Positions 25,851 through 35,342 of a stretch of 64,000 nucleotides of DNA are shown here, in pieces (position 1 is the first letter of the stretch; each line of letters opens with the position of its first letter). Under the pieces are notes generated by a model. The model saw only the letters and a list, made by a program, of their open reading frames with translations. It did no database searches and was not told where the DNA came from. A program made the translations under genes and the position numbers. Source of the stretch: an uncultured virus (IMG/VR IMGVR_UViG_3300033142_001620). Lineage: Duplodnaviria > Heunggongvirae > Uroviricota > Caudoviricetes. The stretch lies in the IMG/VR virus record IMGVR_UViG_3300033142_001620; one strand, written 5' to 3'.

Positions 25851-26816
25851 GTGACACTACAAATTAAGTACAGACCAAAAACACTGGAAGATTTTGTCGG
25901 AAATGAAACAGCAATTGAGAGTCTTGGCTCTGTCCTTGAGAGAGTTGATGTTCCCTCAAGCTTTTTCTTTACTGGACTGCCCGGAGGTGGAAAGACAACC
26001 CTTGCAAGAATTATAAAAGAATATCTTGAAGTATCAGAGTCAGACTTCTACGAGTATAACACAGCAAACACTCGTGGCATTGATACGATACGAAAGATAG
26101 CTGAGAACGTCAGCTATGCTCCAATGGCAGGGGACAAAAAATTATATCTGTTGGATGAGTGTCACATGATAACTGGTCCCGCACTGGAAGCTCTTTTAAA
26201 ACTACTTGAAGAGCCACCAGAACATGCACACTTTGTTTTATGTACTTCTGAGCCATCAACTATCAAACCAAACACACTTAAAGCAATCCGAAGACGTTGC
26301 CATGAAATTGAACTGAAGCCATTAATACGAAGTCAAGTTATTCGATTGCTCAAGACGGTTGCAGGAAAAGAGGAAAAGGAATATAAAATAGGTGTGATAA
26401 GAAAGATTGCCAAGTCATGTTGGGGAAGTGCAGGACAAGCTCTATCTTTATTTGATGGTGTGATTGATATGGGAGATGAAGAGAAAGCAATAGATGCCAT
26501 TGAGAATCTTATTGTATCTGAGGCTTCCATAAAAGAAATATGCCAAGCATTGATTGACCCAAAATTATCCGTTATAAATAAATGGACAAAGATAAGAAAG
26601 CTCTTAAAAAATCTGAAAGGGGAGCCAGAATCAATACGATATGCAATACTTGGCTATCTCAATGCAGTGATGTTAAATAAAAGTGGTGTTCCTACTGGAC
26701 TCGCAAGTATTATTGCTTGTTTTACCGACAGTTTTATGTACACTGGCAGAGCAGGAGTGACATTAGGATGCTTCTTTGCGTGTCAGGAACAGAGCGAAGA
26801 CGACATACCATTCTAA
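25851..26816 (+). CDS. Clamp-loader AAA+ ATPase (DnaX gamma/tau- or RFC-like)
   Basis: KYRPKTLEDFVG, GLPGGGKTT, LDECH, LLKLLEEPP, RRRC; ends EDDIPF. Confidence 0.9.
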   Translation: MTLQIKYRPKTLEDFVGNETAIESLGSVLERVDVPSSFFFTGLPGGGKTTLARIIKEYLEVSESDFYEYNTANTRGIDTIRKIAENVSYAPMAGDKKLYLLDECHMITGPALEALLKLLEEPPEHAHFVLCTSEPSTIKPNTLKAIRRRCHEIELKPLIRSQVIRLLKTVAGKEEKEYKIGVIRKIAKSCWGSAGQALSLFDGVIDMGDEEKAIDAIENLIVSEASIKEICQALIDPKLSVINKWTKIRKLLKNLKGEPESIRYAILGYLNAVMLNKSGVPTGLASIIACFTDSFMYTGRAGVTLGCFFACQEQSEDDIPF

Positions 26817-26828
26817 AAGGAGTAAGAT

Positions 26829-27038
26829 ATGAAATTATTTATTGTTGGGAAAGTAAATGAACGTGACCATAAAAAATGGGAGTTTCAAGGAGTGTTCGAT
26901 AATGAAAAAACGGCAATGGATAGGTGTGAAGACAGACTTTGGTTTGTTGCTCCTATTAATTTAAACGAATATGTTCCAACAAAGCCAACGAAGGACTGGC
27001 CGGGAGCATATTTTCCTCTTGAAGAGGAGGGAATATGA
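26829..27038 (+). CDS. Hypothetical phage protein
   Basis: SD; WEFQGVFD motif. Confidence 0.7.
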   Translation: MKLFIVGKVNERDHKKWEFQGVFDNEKTAMDRCEDRLWFVAPINLNEYVPTKPTKDWPGAYFPLEEEGI

Positions 27039-27289
27039 ATCAAAAATGTATAGTAACAAACAAAGCTCAGTTGTTAGCTGCTGTTGGATGTGCTATTGGT
27101 TTTTATGAAACAACAAAAATTATATTAAATCGTGAACATGGTAAAACAGAATTTATATTGAAGCCATTATATTCTCTAACTGAGTTCAAAGAAGATTTTT
27201 TGTCAGGGTACTATTGTGATGAATATGACAAAGGACTCATAAGGTTGAGAGCAAATATAAAAAGAACACCAGCAGAGTGTTTTAGATAA
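27035..27289 (+). CDS. Hypothetical protein, paralog of 6642..6854
   Basis: GAGGAGG SD. Confidence 0.65.
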   Translation: MNQKCIVTNKAQLLAAVGCAIGFYETTKIILNREHGKTEFILKPLYSLTEFKEDFLSGYYCDEYDKGLIRLRANIKRTPAECFR

Positions 27290-27298
27290 GGAGGTGAT

Positions 27299-27838
27299 TT
27301 GATGAGCATATTTGATTATAAAGAAGATTTGGCAATTGATCTAAGCAGTCTGGAAAAGAACTTGAAAGAACAGGCTGAGCATGTGATGAAGTATGGCAAA
27401 CTATGGGCTGAGAAAACAAAGGAGCGAGACAGACAAAAAGAAAATCTTGCTCTTATTGACTCAGACATAGACAAGGATGCAAGGAAAAACTGGGAAAACA
27501 ACTTTCCAAAAATCAAGTTAACTGAGACTGCGGTACGTGGGTATGTTGTCGATACAGATAAGCATAAGGAGGCTAACAACACCTTACTTGACTTAAATGA
27601 GGAAGTGAATATACTATCTATCGCTAAGTTAGCTTTTGAGCACAGAAAGAAAGCTCTTGAAGGGCTTGTATCACTTTACATCTCAGGATACTGGGCAGAC
27701 CCAAAAGTGTCAAAGCAAAATTTTGATGAAATAAAATCCGATGAGATGCACAAAGTGGTAGAAGATGAACTCGACAAAAATCCACGACTAAAGAAGAAAG
27801 TAAAACTTAACATAAAGAGAAAAGGAGGTAAAAAGTAA
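27299..27838 (+). CDS. UvsY-like recombination mediator
   Basis: Coiled coil with KLTETAV..AFEHRKKALEGLVSLY; upstream of SSB and RecA. Confidence 0.6.
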   Translation: MMSIFDYKEDLAIDLSSLEKNLKEQAEHVMKYGKLWAEKTKERDRQKENLALIDSDIDKDARKNWENNFPKIKLTETAVRGYVVDTDKHKEANNTLLDLNEEVNILSIAKLAFEHRKKALEGLVSLYISGYWADPKVSKQNFDEIKSDEMHKVVEDELDKNPRLKKKVKLNIKRKGGKK

Positions 27839-28905
27839 TGTCATTCAGAAAACAAGTAAAAAAACTCAAGAAGGATTTAGAAAAAAGGCATGAGGAAGCA
27901 ATTGAAACAAAGGATGATACTGGCAGTGGAGATTATGGAACAATTTTTCTCAAGGACGCAACTCCTGAAGGGATGGAGTTCTGGCGTCCTGAGTATGGGG
28001 AACATCTTATCGACATCATTCCTTTTGTTGCTGGTGCAAATCATCCGAAAGTAGCGGAAGGCAGACTGTCATATGTCATTGACTTATGGGTTCATCAAAA
28101 CATCGGAGTGGGGAATGACCCTTTCGTATGTCAAGTAAAGAACTTCAAACTCGCAGACGCCATTTGTGATTACATCAGAAAGAACAGACTCACAAAATCA
28201 CAGTGGAAGCCAATTGCTCCAAAGAGAAGAACTGTCTATCTTGTATGGGTACACGATACTCCCGAAGAAGAAGAAAAAGGACTGCAAATTTTTGAAGTTG
28301 CCCACTTCTTCTTTGAAAAAAATGTTGATGCGATTGCAAAAAATCCAAAAGGAGGCGCTCCTGTTATCTTCTCCGACCCAGACAATGGAAAAACAATTGC
28401 GTTTGAAATTCAAAAGTCTGGCACATATAAAGATGATAGTGGAACAGACAGGGACAGTCAAGCATGGATAGGTCACAGATTCATTGACAGAGAAGAACCA
28501 ATTCCCGATGAAATCCTTGACACATCCTTTTCTTTGGATGATATCATTGATATGCATCCCGATGAGAACAAAGTATTTGCTGCATTCAATGGGGAAGATT
28601 CTCCTGCTGAAGAAGAGACAGAACCAGAAGAGACAGAACCGGAACAGGAAGAACCAGAAGAGACAGAACCGGAACAGGAAGAACCAGAACAGGAAGAACC
28701 AGAAAAGTCAACTGCTGGTGAATGTCCATACGGAGCAAAGTTTGGCATTGAATGTGATATGTACGAGCAATGCGAAGAGTGCGACTCATACGATGACTGC
28801 TCAGACGAACAGCAACGGTTAGAAGAAGCTAAGAAAAAGAAAGGAAAGAAAAAACCAGTGGCTGTAAAAAGTAAGAAGAAGCCTCTCGTCTTGAGAAAGA
28901 AATAA
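27838..28905 (+). CDS. Single-stranded DNA-binding protein (gp32-like) with acidic repeats and C-terminal Cys cluster
   Basis: IDIIPF, WVHQNIG..C..C, FSDPDNGK; EPEETEPEQE repeats; gene context. Confidence 0.65.
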   Translation: MSFRKQVKKLKKDLEKRHEEAIETKDDTGSGDYGTIFLKDATPEGMEFWRPEYGEHLIDIIPFVAGANHPKVAEGRLSYVIDLWVHQNIGVGNDPFVCQVKNFKLADAICDYIRKNRLTKSQWKPIAPKRRTVYLVWVHDTPEEEEKGLQIFEVAHFFFEKNVDAIAKNPKGGAPVIFSDPDNGKTIAFEIQKSGTYKDDSGTDRDSQAWIGHRFIDREEPIPDEILDTSFSLDDIIDMHPDENKVFAAFNGEDSPAEEETEPEETEPEQEEPEETEPEQEEPEQEEPEKSTAGECPYGAKFGIECDMYEQCEECDSYDDCSDEQQRLEEAKKKKGKKKPVAVKSKKKPLVLRKK

Positions 28906-28913
28906 ACATTAGA

Positions 28914-29012
28914 TGATTGGTTGGGATAGCTAATGTACATAGTGAATCTTTCTTACAACAGGTAGTATCCGATTGAGGCAATGCTACTGAGTAGAAAGTT
29001 CCCAACCAATCA
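28914..29012 (+). other. Structured intergenic RNA element
   Basis: 13-bp perfect closing stem tgattggttggga/tcccaaccaatca plus an inner hairpin. Confidence 0.5.
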
Positions 29013-29023
29013 ATGGGGGCAAA

Positions 29024-30190
29024 ATGGCAAAGCTAATACTAAAGAAAAAACAAACACTGAAAAAGAAATCAGTAACGGCTCAGATAAGGAACGCAACAAA
29101 AGAAAAAATACAGATTCGAGTAAAAGAAAAAATCAGTACAGACAATATCATTCCAACTGGTTCTACTTTGCTGAACTGTGCTTGTACAGACAACCCTATG
29201 GGTGGCTATGGACTCGGAAAGCTTGTCAATCTAATTGGGGATAGCTCTTCAGGAAAAACAATGCTGGCACTATCCTGCTTTGCAGAAATGGCAATGTATA
29301 AACGGTTCGATGAATATGATTTCTATTATGATGATGTTGAAGCCGCCCTTGAGTTCAATATGGAATATTTATTTGGTCATCAGACAAGCGACAGAATAGA
29401 TATGGAAGTGGTATCCGATACAATTCAAGACTTCTATGGCAACATAGTAGCAGCAATACAAAATAGAAGACCATTTATTTATATCCTTGACAGCTTGGAT
29501 GCTCTTACCTCAATCGAAGAGAGAAAAAGAGCTTTGCAGATGGCGAAAGAAACTGGAAAAATAGAAGTTGAAGAAGAGGATGGCAAAGCTAAGAAAACAA
29601 AAGGAAGTTACAAACTGGAAAAGCCAAAGCTAATTGGTGAAATACTGAGAGTCATTTGTAGAGACATCAAAGATATGGAAGCCCTTGTAATAATTATCTC
29701 ACAGACGAGGGACAATATAGGATTCGGATTCACAGACAAAACAAGGAGTGGTGGAAAAGCTTTGAAGTTCTACAGCACACATGAAATATGGTTGTCCTTA
29801 CTCAAACAAATTCCAAAACTGAAAAGAATTATTGGTGTTAACACAAGTGCAAAACTAACTAAGAACAAACTGACTGGCAAAAAACGCACAGTTGTTTTCC
29901 CAATATTTGATGATTATGGAGTAGATGACCTATCATCAAATATAGACTTCCTATTGGAAAATGGCATATGGAAAATGGGGACAGTAAGAAGAACTAATCC
30001 AAAGACGAAGAAGAAGGCAACGGGGCGTATAATTAAAGCAACACATTTCAACTTGGAAGGCACTAAGAACAAGATAATAAGTCAGATAGAATTGGATGGC
30101 TTAGAAAATGATTTGCGGTTACTTGTTGGTGAAACATGGAATGATATAGAAGAAAAAATTCGACTAAATAGGAAACCAAAATACGCATGA
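29024..30190 (+). CDS. RecA/UvsX-like recombinase
   Basis: IPTGSTLLN, GDSSSGKT, ILDSLDAL, ISQTRD, SGGKALKFYS, KNK. Confidence 0.92.
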   Translation: MAKLILKKKQTLKKKSVTAQIRNATKEKIQIRVKEKISTDNIIPTGSTLLNCACTDNPMGGYGLGKLVNLIGDSSSGKTMLALSCFAEMAMYKRFDEYDFYYDDVEAALEFNMEYLFGHQTSDRIDMEVVSDTIQDFYGNIVAAIQNRRPFIYILDSLDALTSIEERKRALQMAKETGKIEVEEEDGKAKKTKGSYKLEKPKLIGEILRVICRDIKDMEALVIIISQTRDNIGFGFTDKTRSGGKALKFYSTHEIWLSLLKQIPKLKRIIGVNTSAKLTKNKLTGKKRTVVFPIFDDYGVDDLSSNIDFLLENGIWKMGTVRRTNPKTKKKATGRIIKATHFNLEGTKNKIISQIELDGLENDLRLLVGETWNDIEEKIRLNRKPKYA

Positions 30191-31065
30191 AACAAAACTT
30201 GATAATAATAGATAGTCCTGCACTTTGTCATAGAGCTAAACATGCCATGAAGAATGTAGAACTGTCATTCGATGAGATGAAAACAGAGATCATATTTAAT
30301 TTCCTTAATGATGTACTCGGATTTGCAAAAAGGTTCGATTCTGACGCATTTGCCTTCGCTTGGGACAGCAAATTAAGCTATCGTGCAAAGCTCTATCCTC
30401 AATATAAATGGAAAAGGAGAGAAGAGAAGACAAAAGAGGAGAAAGTTTTTGATGGCATTGCTTATACACAATTCCATAGACTGAGAAGGGATGTTCTTCC
30501 TGCTCTTGGTTTCAAGAATAACGAGAACAACTTTATTCAGACAGGACTTGAGGCGGATGATATTATAGCCTCTCTGGTTAAGTGGACGAATTGCCCAATG
30601 AAAATTGTAGTAAGTAGAGACAATGATTTATGGCAATTCATAGGATTGCACTCTTCTCAGTGGGATTTTCAATCTAAAAAAATGATGACAAGAGCCACAT
30701 TTCAAAAGAAATATGGGATTAATAGTTACGAATGGCGAAACGTAAAAGCAATAGCAGGATGCACAACTGATAACGTGTCTGGTATTGAAGGAGTGGGACC
30801 TAAGACTGCTGTAAAATATTTACTCAAAACATTACCGGAACACCACAAAACATTCAAAAACATTGAGTCTGAGGAGGGGCAAGAGATAATAAAAAGAAAC
30901 AAACCATTAGTATCCTTGCCATTTGAAGGAACAAAGGATTTTGTGTACAAAGAAAACATCTTGCATTCAAAAGATTTCTATGATACATTCGAGAAATTAA
31001 ATTTTCAATCGTTTACGAACGCTGAAAGTTTTAGAGAATGGGAAGACGCATTTAACTTGCAATAA
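30187..31065 (+). CDS. 5'-3' exonuclease / flap endonuclease (PolI N-terminal or T4 RNase H-like)
   Basis: IIDS, YPQYK, EADDII, SRDNDL, GCTTDNVSGIEGVGPKTA. Confidence 0.92.
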   Translation: MKQNLIIIDSPALCHRAKHAMKNVELSFDEMKTEIIFNFLNDVLGFAKRFDSDAFAFAWDSKLSYRAKLYPQYKWKRREEKTKEEKVFDGIAYTQFHRLRRDVLPALGFKNNENNFIQTGLEADDIIASLVKWTNCPMKIVVSRDNDLWQFIGLHSSQWDFQSKKMMTRATFQKKYGINSYEWRNVKAIAGCTTDNVSGIEGVGPKTAVKYLLKTLPEHHKTFKNIESEEGQEIIKRNKPLVSLPFEGTKDFVYKENILHSKDFYDTFEKLNFQSFTNAESFREWEDAFNLQ

Positions 31066-31073
31066 TAAAGGAG

Positions 31074-31985
31074 GTGGACAAAATGAAGAAAACGGGAACG
31101 AAATTAAACATTGATGATTTGGCAAAAAAGAAAGCATTCCGAAACTCATTTTTTGGGTTGTTCGTTTGTTTGGCTATTGCGGTAATGTTGATGACTTGGC
31201 AAATACACAGTTATGGCAATATGGAAGAAAAGAATAACGAAATGATTCATAAGCTTTTGGATGCAAACAATTCCCTTGCGGAAAAGGTAGTTGAACTTGA
31301 AGAGAAAGAAAGAAAATTTGTTGACGACATTAGGGATTATATACTGCGGATTAATAAAACAATACCAAGGCTTATTGCAACAGAGATTGCCAAAAATATT
31401 GTAATTGCAAGCGATAAGCATAATCTACCAATCATCCCAATTATTGCAGTAATGGAACGGGAGAGCCATTTCAATCCAACTCTACGCAGCAAAGCAGGAG
31501 CAAGAGGATTGATGCAAGTAATGCCTGTGTGGGTGAAAGAACTCAAATTAAATAGCAGATTTGATTTCCACGATATAGAAATAGGCATTGACTCTGGTGC
31601 TTTTGTACTCAAGCAATACTTGGGGGAAAACAATAACAACATGGAAAAAGCCCTTTTGCAATATGTAAACTACGATAAACAGTATGTAAAAAATGTTTAT
31701 AACTCAATGGGCAAGTTTGTTGTTTGGGAAGGACTATCAGATAATGGACACAATGCACAAATAAAGGAGGTGATTTTACAGTTAGATGAAGAACAGGAAA
31801 AACCAAAGACTCGAACACATATAGTTATTGAAGGGGACACTCTCTCCTTGATAGCTCAGAAATATACAGGCAATGTAATGAACTGGAAGAAACTACAAGA
31901 GCTTAATCCAAAGGTAGACCATTTGCGTATGCAGATAGGCTCAACAATTATTCTTTCAATTGAAACAAAAACCACAAACTTATAA
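31074..31985 (+). CDS. Membrane-anchored lytic transglycosylase (SLT) with C-terminal LysM
   Basis: TM helix; ERESHFNP..AGARGLMQV; HIVIEGDTLSLIAQKY..LNP. Confidence 0.88.
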   Translation: MDKMKKTGTKLNIDDLAKKKAFRNSFFGLFVCLAIAVMLMTWQIHSYGNMEEKNNEMIHKLLDANNSLAEKVVELEEKERKFVDDIRDYILRINKTIPRLIATEIAKNIVIASDKHNLPIIPIIAVMERESHFNPTLRSKAGARGLMQVMPVWVKELKLNSRFDFHDIEIGIDSGAFVLKQYLGENNNNMEKALLQYVNYDKQYVKNVYNSMGKFVVWEGLSDNGHNAQIKEVILQLDEEQEKPKTRTHIVIEGDTLSLIAQKYTGNVMNWKKLQELNPKVDHLRMQIGSTIILSIETKTTNL

Positions 31986-32000
31986 AAGGAGAAACAAACC

Positions 32001-32954
32001 ATGAAAAAATTATTCTTAGCAATCTTATTAGTGCTTTTTATTTCAACTCCGTCAATGGCTTTCTTGGGAGATGTTACCTATATAGATGATAGTATTATGA
32101 TGGGAGACAAGAACCATCACAATACTATTGTTAATGGTGATTTAAACTCGGGGACAAATGCTGGTGGAATTATCAGCAATAAAAACACCAACATAAACAC
32201 CAATATCAATACTAACAAAAACACCAACATAAACACCAATATCAATACTAACAAGAATACTAACATTCAAGGGCAAGCACAAGGGCAAGCACAAGGACAG
32301 ATACAAGGACAGACTGCACACAATGAAGGAGTTAACCAAACAGTTGTTTTTGAGCAAGCTGAAACAAAACGAGATCATCTTATCGTCCCAGATATTGTAT
32401 TTGCACCTTTAGGAACATACAAAGAAAGTGCGAATCATGGTTCTGAGTTCACTAAATTTGATTTACTTACCAAATTTAAGAAAAACTATTCCTATGACCA
32501 TGCGTTAAAGCATTATGATAAAGCATGGGGAAAAGGAAAGTGTATCACATCTGGTGGGTCATACAATGGAAGACACGAAGAAGAGCCAACAGGGTCGATA
32601 GAAGTAGTAAAATCAGTTGACTTGAACAAAGTGGAAGCCATTGGAATATTGACGATCAAAGCAAATCCAAAGTATACAAAGAAAATGGTTTCTTCCTTTG
32701 TCGTATTACAAAAGGCTGTCCTGAGTGCCTGTATAATGCAAGGCACAAAGATTATGTTTATAGATGAAGGCGCAACTACTAAATCAGAAAACAGTGGTTG
32801 GGGAGTTGGATGGAATGGCTCTGGCGGAATTATAAATGATATGGACAATCGTGGTAGAAGTGCTTCGTCTTCAGCAGGAACCGGATACTCTAAAGGAAGT
32901 GCTTGGTTAAGAACTCTGCCATGGTTGACAGTGTACGTCTTCAAGGACAAATAA
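32001..32954 (+). CDS. Secreted protein with NTNI and QGQA low-complexity repeats
   Basis: Signal peptide MKKLFLAILLVLFISTPSMA; 36-nt and 12-nt tandem repeats. Confidence 0.75.
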   Translation: MKKLFLAILLVLFISTPSMAFLGDVTYIDDSIMMGDKNHHNTIVNGDLNSGTNAGGIISNKNTNINTNINTNKNTNINTNINTNKNTNIQGQAQGQAQGQIQGQTAHNEGVNQTVVFEQAETKRDHLIVPDIVFAPLGTYKESANHGSEFTKFDLLTKFKKNYSYDHALKHYDKAWGKGKCITSGGSYNGRHEEEPTGSIEVVKSVDLNKVEAIGILTIKANPKYTKKMVSSFVVLQKAVLSACIMQGTKIMFIDEGATTKSENSGWGVGWNGSGGIINDMDNRGRSASSSAGTGYSKGSAWLRTLPWLTVYVFKDK

Positions 32955-33526
32955 TGCACTCGGATGAACTGTTTGGGATTGCCAAAGAGTATCTTGACAA
33001 TCTTGATTTAGTCAAGAAGTTCCCAAGCTGTGGATTTGCTAAATTCAAAAATGACTCTGAGAAACTACTCAGAAGGACAGTAAAGGAATGGGAAATGAAG
33101 AAACGAATATCTGTACAGTCTGCAAAAGCTAAAGGAAGACGGCTACAACAATGGATGATGAGAAAGATATCCGAGTTGACTGGCATTCCATGTGGAAAAG
33201 ATGAACTCATCGCCTCAAGAGAAATGGGGCAGTCTGGTACAGATGTTCGTTTAATCGGAAAAGCTCAAAAGATGTTTCCTTGGGCTGTTGAATGTAAGTA
33301 TCAAGAAACTTGGTCAATTCCTAAGTGGATAGTCCAAGCTAAAGAGAATCAAAAGAAAGGAACAAATTGGATGCTGGTAGTAAAAAGAAATCAGCATGAA
33401 CCAATTATTATCTTAGATGCGGATATATTTTTTAGTCTGCTACAAACACCACAGTTGACAAGGAAGGAACCGAATCTTATCTTAAAAAAGAAAAAGTTAA
33501 CACTGAAAAGGAAGGAGGTAAAATGA
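32954..33526 (+). CDS. Holliday junction resolvase (PD-(D/E)xK)
   Basis: SAKAKGRRLQ..MGQSGTDV..VECKYQE..W..QA. Confidence 0.8.
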   Translation: MHSDELFGIAKEYLDNLDLVKKFPSCGFAKFKNDSEKLLRRTVKEWEMKKRISVQSAKAKGRRLQQWMMRKISELTGIPCGKDELIASREMGQSGTDVRLIGKAQKMFPWAVECKYQETWSIPKWIVQAKENQKKGTNWMLVVKRNQHEPIIILDADIFFSLLQTPQLTRKEPNLILKKKKLTLKRKEVK

Positions 33527-33705
33527 AAATAACACCACAAATCAATAGAATGTCTCAAGTAGTAGACGGATTTCAGATGGATGCTGAAAAAGCAGATAAA
33601 GGACAAAAGGTTGCTTGCACTCGTCTAAGAAAAAAACTGATGTCATTAATAAAAACCTGTAAGTCTATAAGGGAAGACCTTATGGACATAAAAAGAGCAG
33701 GATAA
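33523..33705 (+). CDS. Hc1-like small histone-like protein
   Basis: DAEKADKGQKVACTRLRKKLMSL..CKSIR. Confidence 0.7.
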   Translation: MKITPQINRMSQVVDGFQMDAEKADKGQKVACTRLRKKLMSLIKTCKSIREDLMDIKRAG

Positions 33706-33814
33706 TTCAACGTGCCAGTATCCGGTGGCAACAATGGACGAAAATGCCAGGGTTTGCTTATCTTTCCCCGTCTGCCGGTCGTCCTACTGGCACCGCTTCT
33801 TGAAAGGAGTAATA

Positions 33815-34018
33815 ATGCAATTCTTTAAAAAGAAATATCCTTGGCTTGTTGAGGAGAGTATGGAAAACATCAAGTACTTTGATAATGAACTGGAACGGCT
33901 GCACAATCTATATCGTTTGGTAGATGAACACAATAGACCAGAGATTATGGAAAGAATCGCAGTACTTGAAAATCATGTATTGGCAGTCGGGCAACGTATT
34001 GCAGGCATTAAATACTAA
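33815..34018 (+). CDS. Hypothetical protein
   Basis: AAGGAG SD before MQFFKK. Confidence 0.6.
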   Translation: MQFFKKKYPWLVEESMENIKYFDNELERLHNLYRLVDEHNRPEIMERIAVLENHVLAVGQRIAGIKY

Positions 34019-34239
34019 TGCAGGACAAAACTTTAAATCTTTTGTTTGCAGTTATGAAAGGTTGGGAATACAATCCCGGAGTTAAGTTTTTTTTAGACCA
34101 CATATTTCCTTCTATTCGTCCAACCCAAAAAGAAATAAGGGGTGTATTTTCTCGTAGCAATAGATATCATAAAGAAACATTTCCATTTCACCCTTTTAAT
34201 AAAGATGAATGCACTCTAATCCATAGGGAAAAGAAATGA
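34018..34239 (+). CDS. Hypothetical protein
   Basis: TAATG coupling. Confidence 0.55.
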   Translation: MQDKTLNLLFAVMKGWEYNPGVKFFLDHIFPSIRPTQKEIRGVFSRSNRYHKETFPFHPFNKDECTLIHREKK

Positions 34240-35342
34240 TTAAGGAACTTGAAGTAACTAACTTTCAAGGGCACAAATATTCACTCCTTGAATTTGACAA
34301 GGGCGTAAACAACATCAAAGGAACAAGCCATCATGGCAAGTCCTCACTCATACGAGCAATGATATGGGCACTCCAAAACAAACCTTCAGGATTCAACTTC
34401 AAATCTTGGTTCTCCACAGATAAAGAAAATACCGATGTTTCCATTGGATTTTGGGATAATTCTTTTATAACCAGAACAAGAGACAGTAAACTTAATGGTT
34501 ACTATGTTACAGGATTAGACAGTCCACTTGAAGCACTCCGAACAGATGTGCCAGAAGAAGTCAGTCTCATATCTAACATGAGTAATATAAACATTCAATC
34601 TCAGGCAGAAAAATTCTTCATGCTACAAGAGACTCCCGGAAATGTAGCTAAAGCATTGAACAAGATAGTAGGTCTTGAGATCATCCACGAAGTTAACAAA
34701 ACCGTTAGTAGAATAATTAGTTCTTCTCTTGCAGAAAGTGGCAGACTTAAAAATGAAATAGAACATAAAAGGGAAGAGATAAAAAAGTATGACAATCTGG
34801 AAGACGTTGGGAATCAGATAGACCAAGTCGATGTTATATACAGCAACGTATCGACAACGCAAAAACATTATAATACTCTCGATGAATCAAGAAGGGAAAT
34901 AAAAAGAAAGCAAAACGAACTTGCAGACATAGAAGAGTGGTTAGAAATTGAAATGCCATTCAAACAAATAAAGAAAAGGCAAGCTCGATTAATAAAGCTG
35001 AAGGAAAAAGAAGAAGCACTCAACTCATTGGTCAATCAATGTAATAATACAATAGCTGGGATGGAATTTGCCAAGGACATCATTTCTCTTGATAGTGATG
35101 TGAAAGAGGCAAAAGTATTATCTACCGAATTGTCTGAGTTGAAAAATAAGCACGATGAACTTGAAAAGCTATACAATGACGTTCAGACAGTGGAAAAGTC
35201 CTTAAATTCTATCTCTGACACGCTCAGAACTGATACAAAAGAAAGAACTCAACTACTAAAATCGAATAAAGATTTGTTTTGCTTGAAATGTGGAGCTTAC
35301 CAACAACATTGGAGAAAAAATGAAAATTTTGGCAACGGGTGA
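34236..35342 (+). CDS. Rad50/SbcC N-terminal half (Walker A, coiled coil, Zn hook)
   Basis: NFQGH, GTSHHGKSS, Q-loop IQSQ, C-terminal CLKCG. Confidence 0.85.
   Translation: MIKELEVTNFQGHKYSLLEFDKGVNNIKGTSHHGKSSLIRAMIWALQNKPSGFNFKSWFSTDKENTDVSIGFWDNSFITRTRDSKLNGYYVTGLDSPLEALRTDVPEEVSLISNMSNINIQSQAEKFFMLQETPGNVAKALNKIVGLEIIHEVNKTVSRIISSSLAESGRLKNEIEHKREEIKKYDNLEDVGNQIDQVDVIYSNVSTTQKHYNTLDESRREIKRKQNELADIEEWLEIEMPFKQIKKRQARLIKLKEKEEALNSLVNQCNNTIAGMEFAKDIISLDSDVKEAKVLSTELSELKNKHDELEKLYNDVQTVEKSLNSISDTLRTDTKERTQLLKSNKDLFCLKCGAYQQHWRKNENFGNG

Noticed and set aside
28613..28703. EPEETEPEQE tandem DNA repeats as a regulatory array
   Set aside because: They are in-frame 15/30-nt repeats encoding an acidic linker of the SSB-like protein.
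22652..30190. Inteins or introns in polymerase, clamp loader or RecA
   Set aside because: Lengths are normal and I saw no intein splice motifs or homing-endonuclease inserts.
33712..33793. tRNA or hammerhead ribozyme
   Set aside because: There is no T-loop GTTC or cloverleaf, and no CUGANGA core despite a CGAAA.
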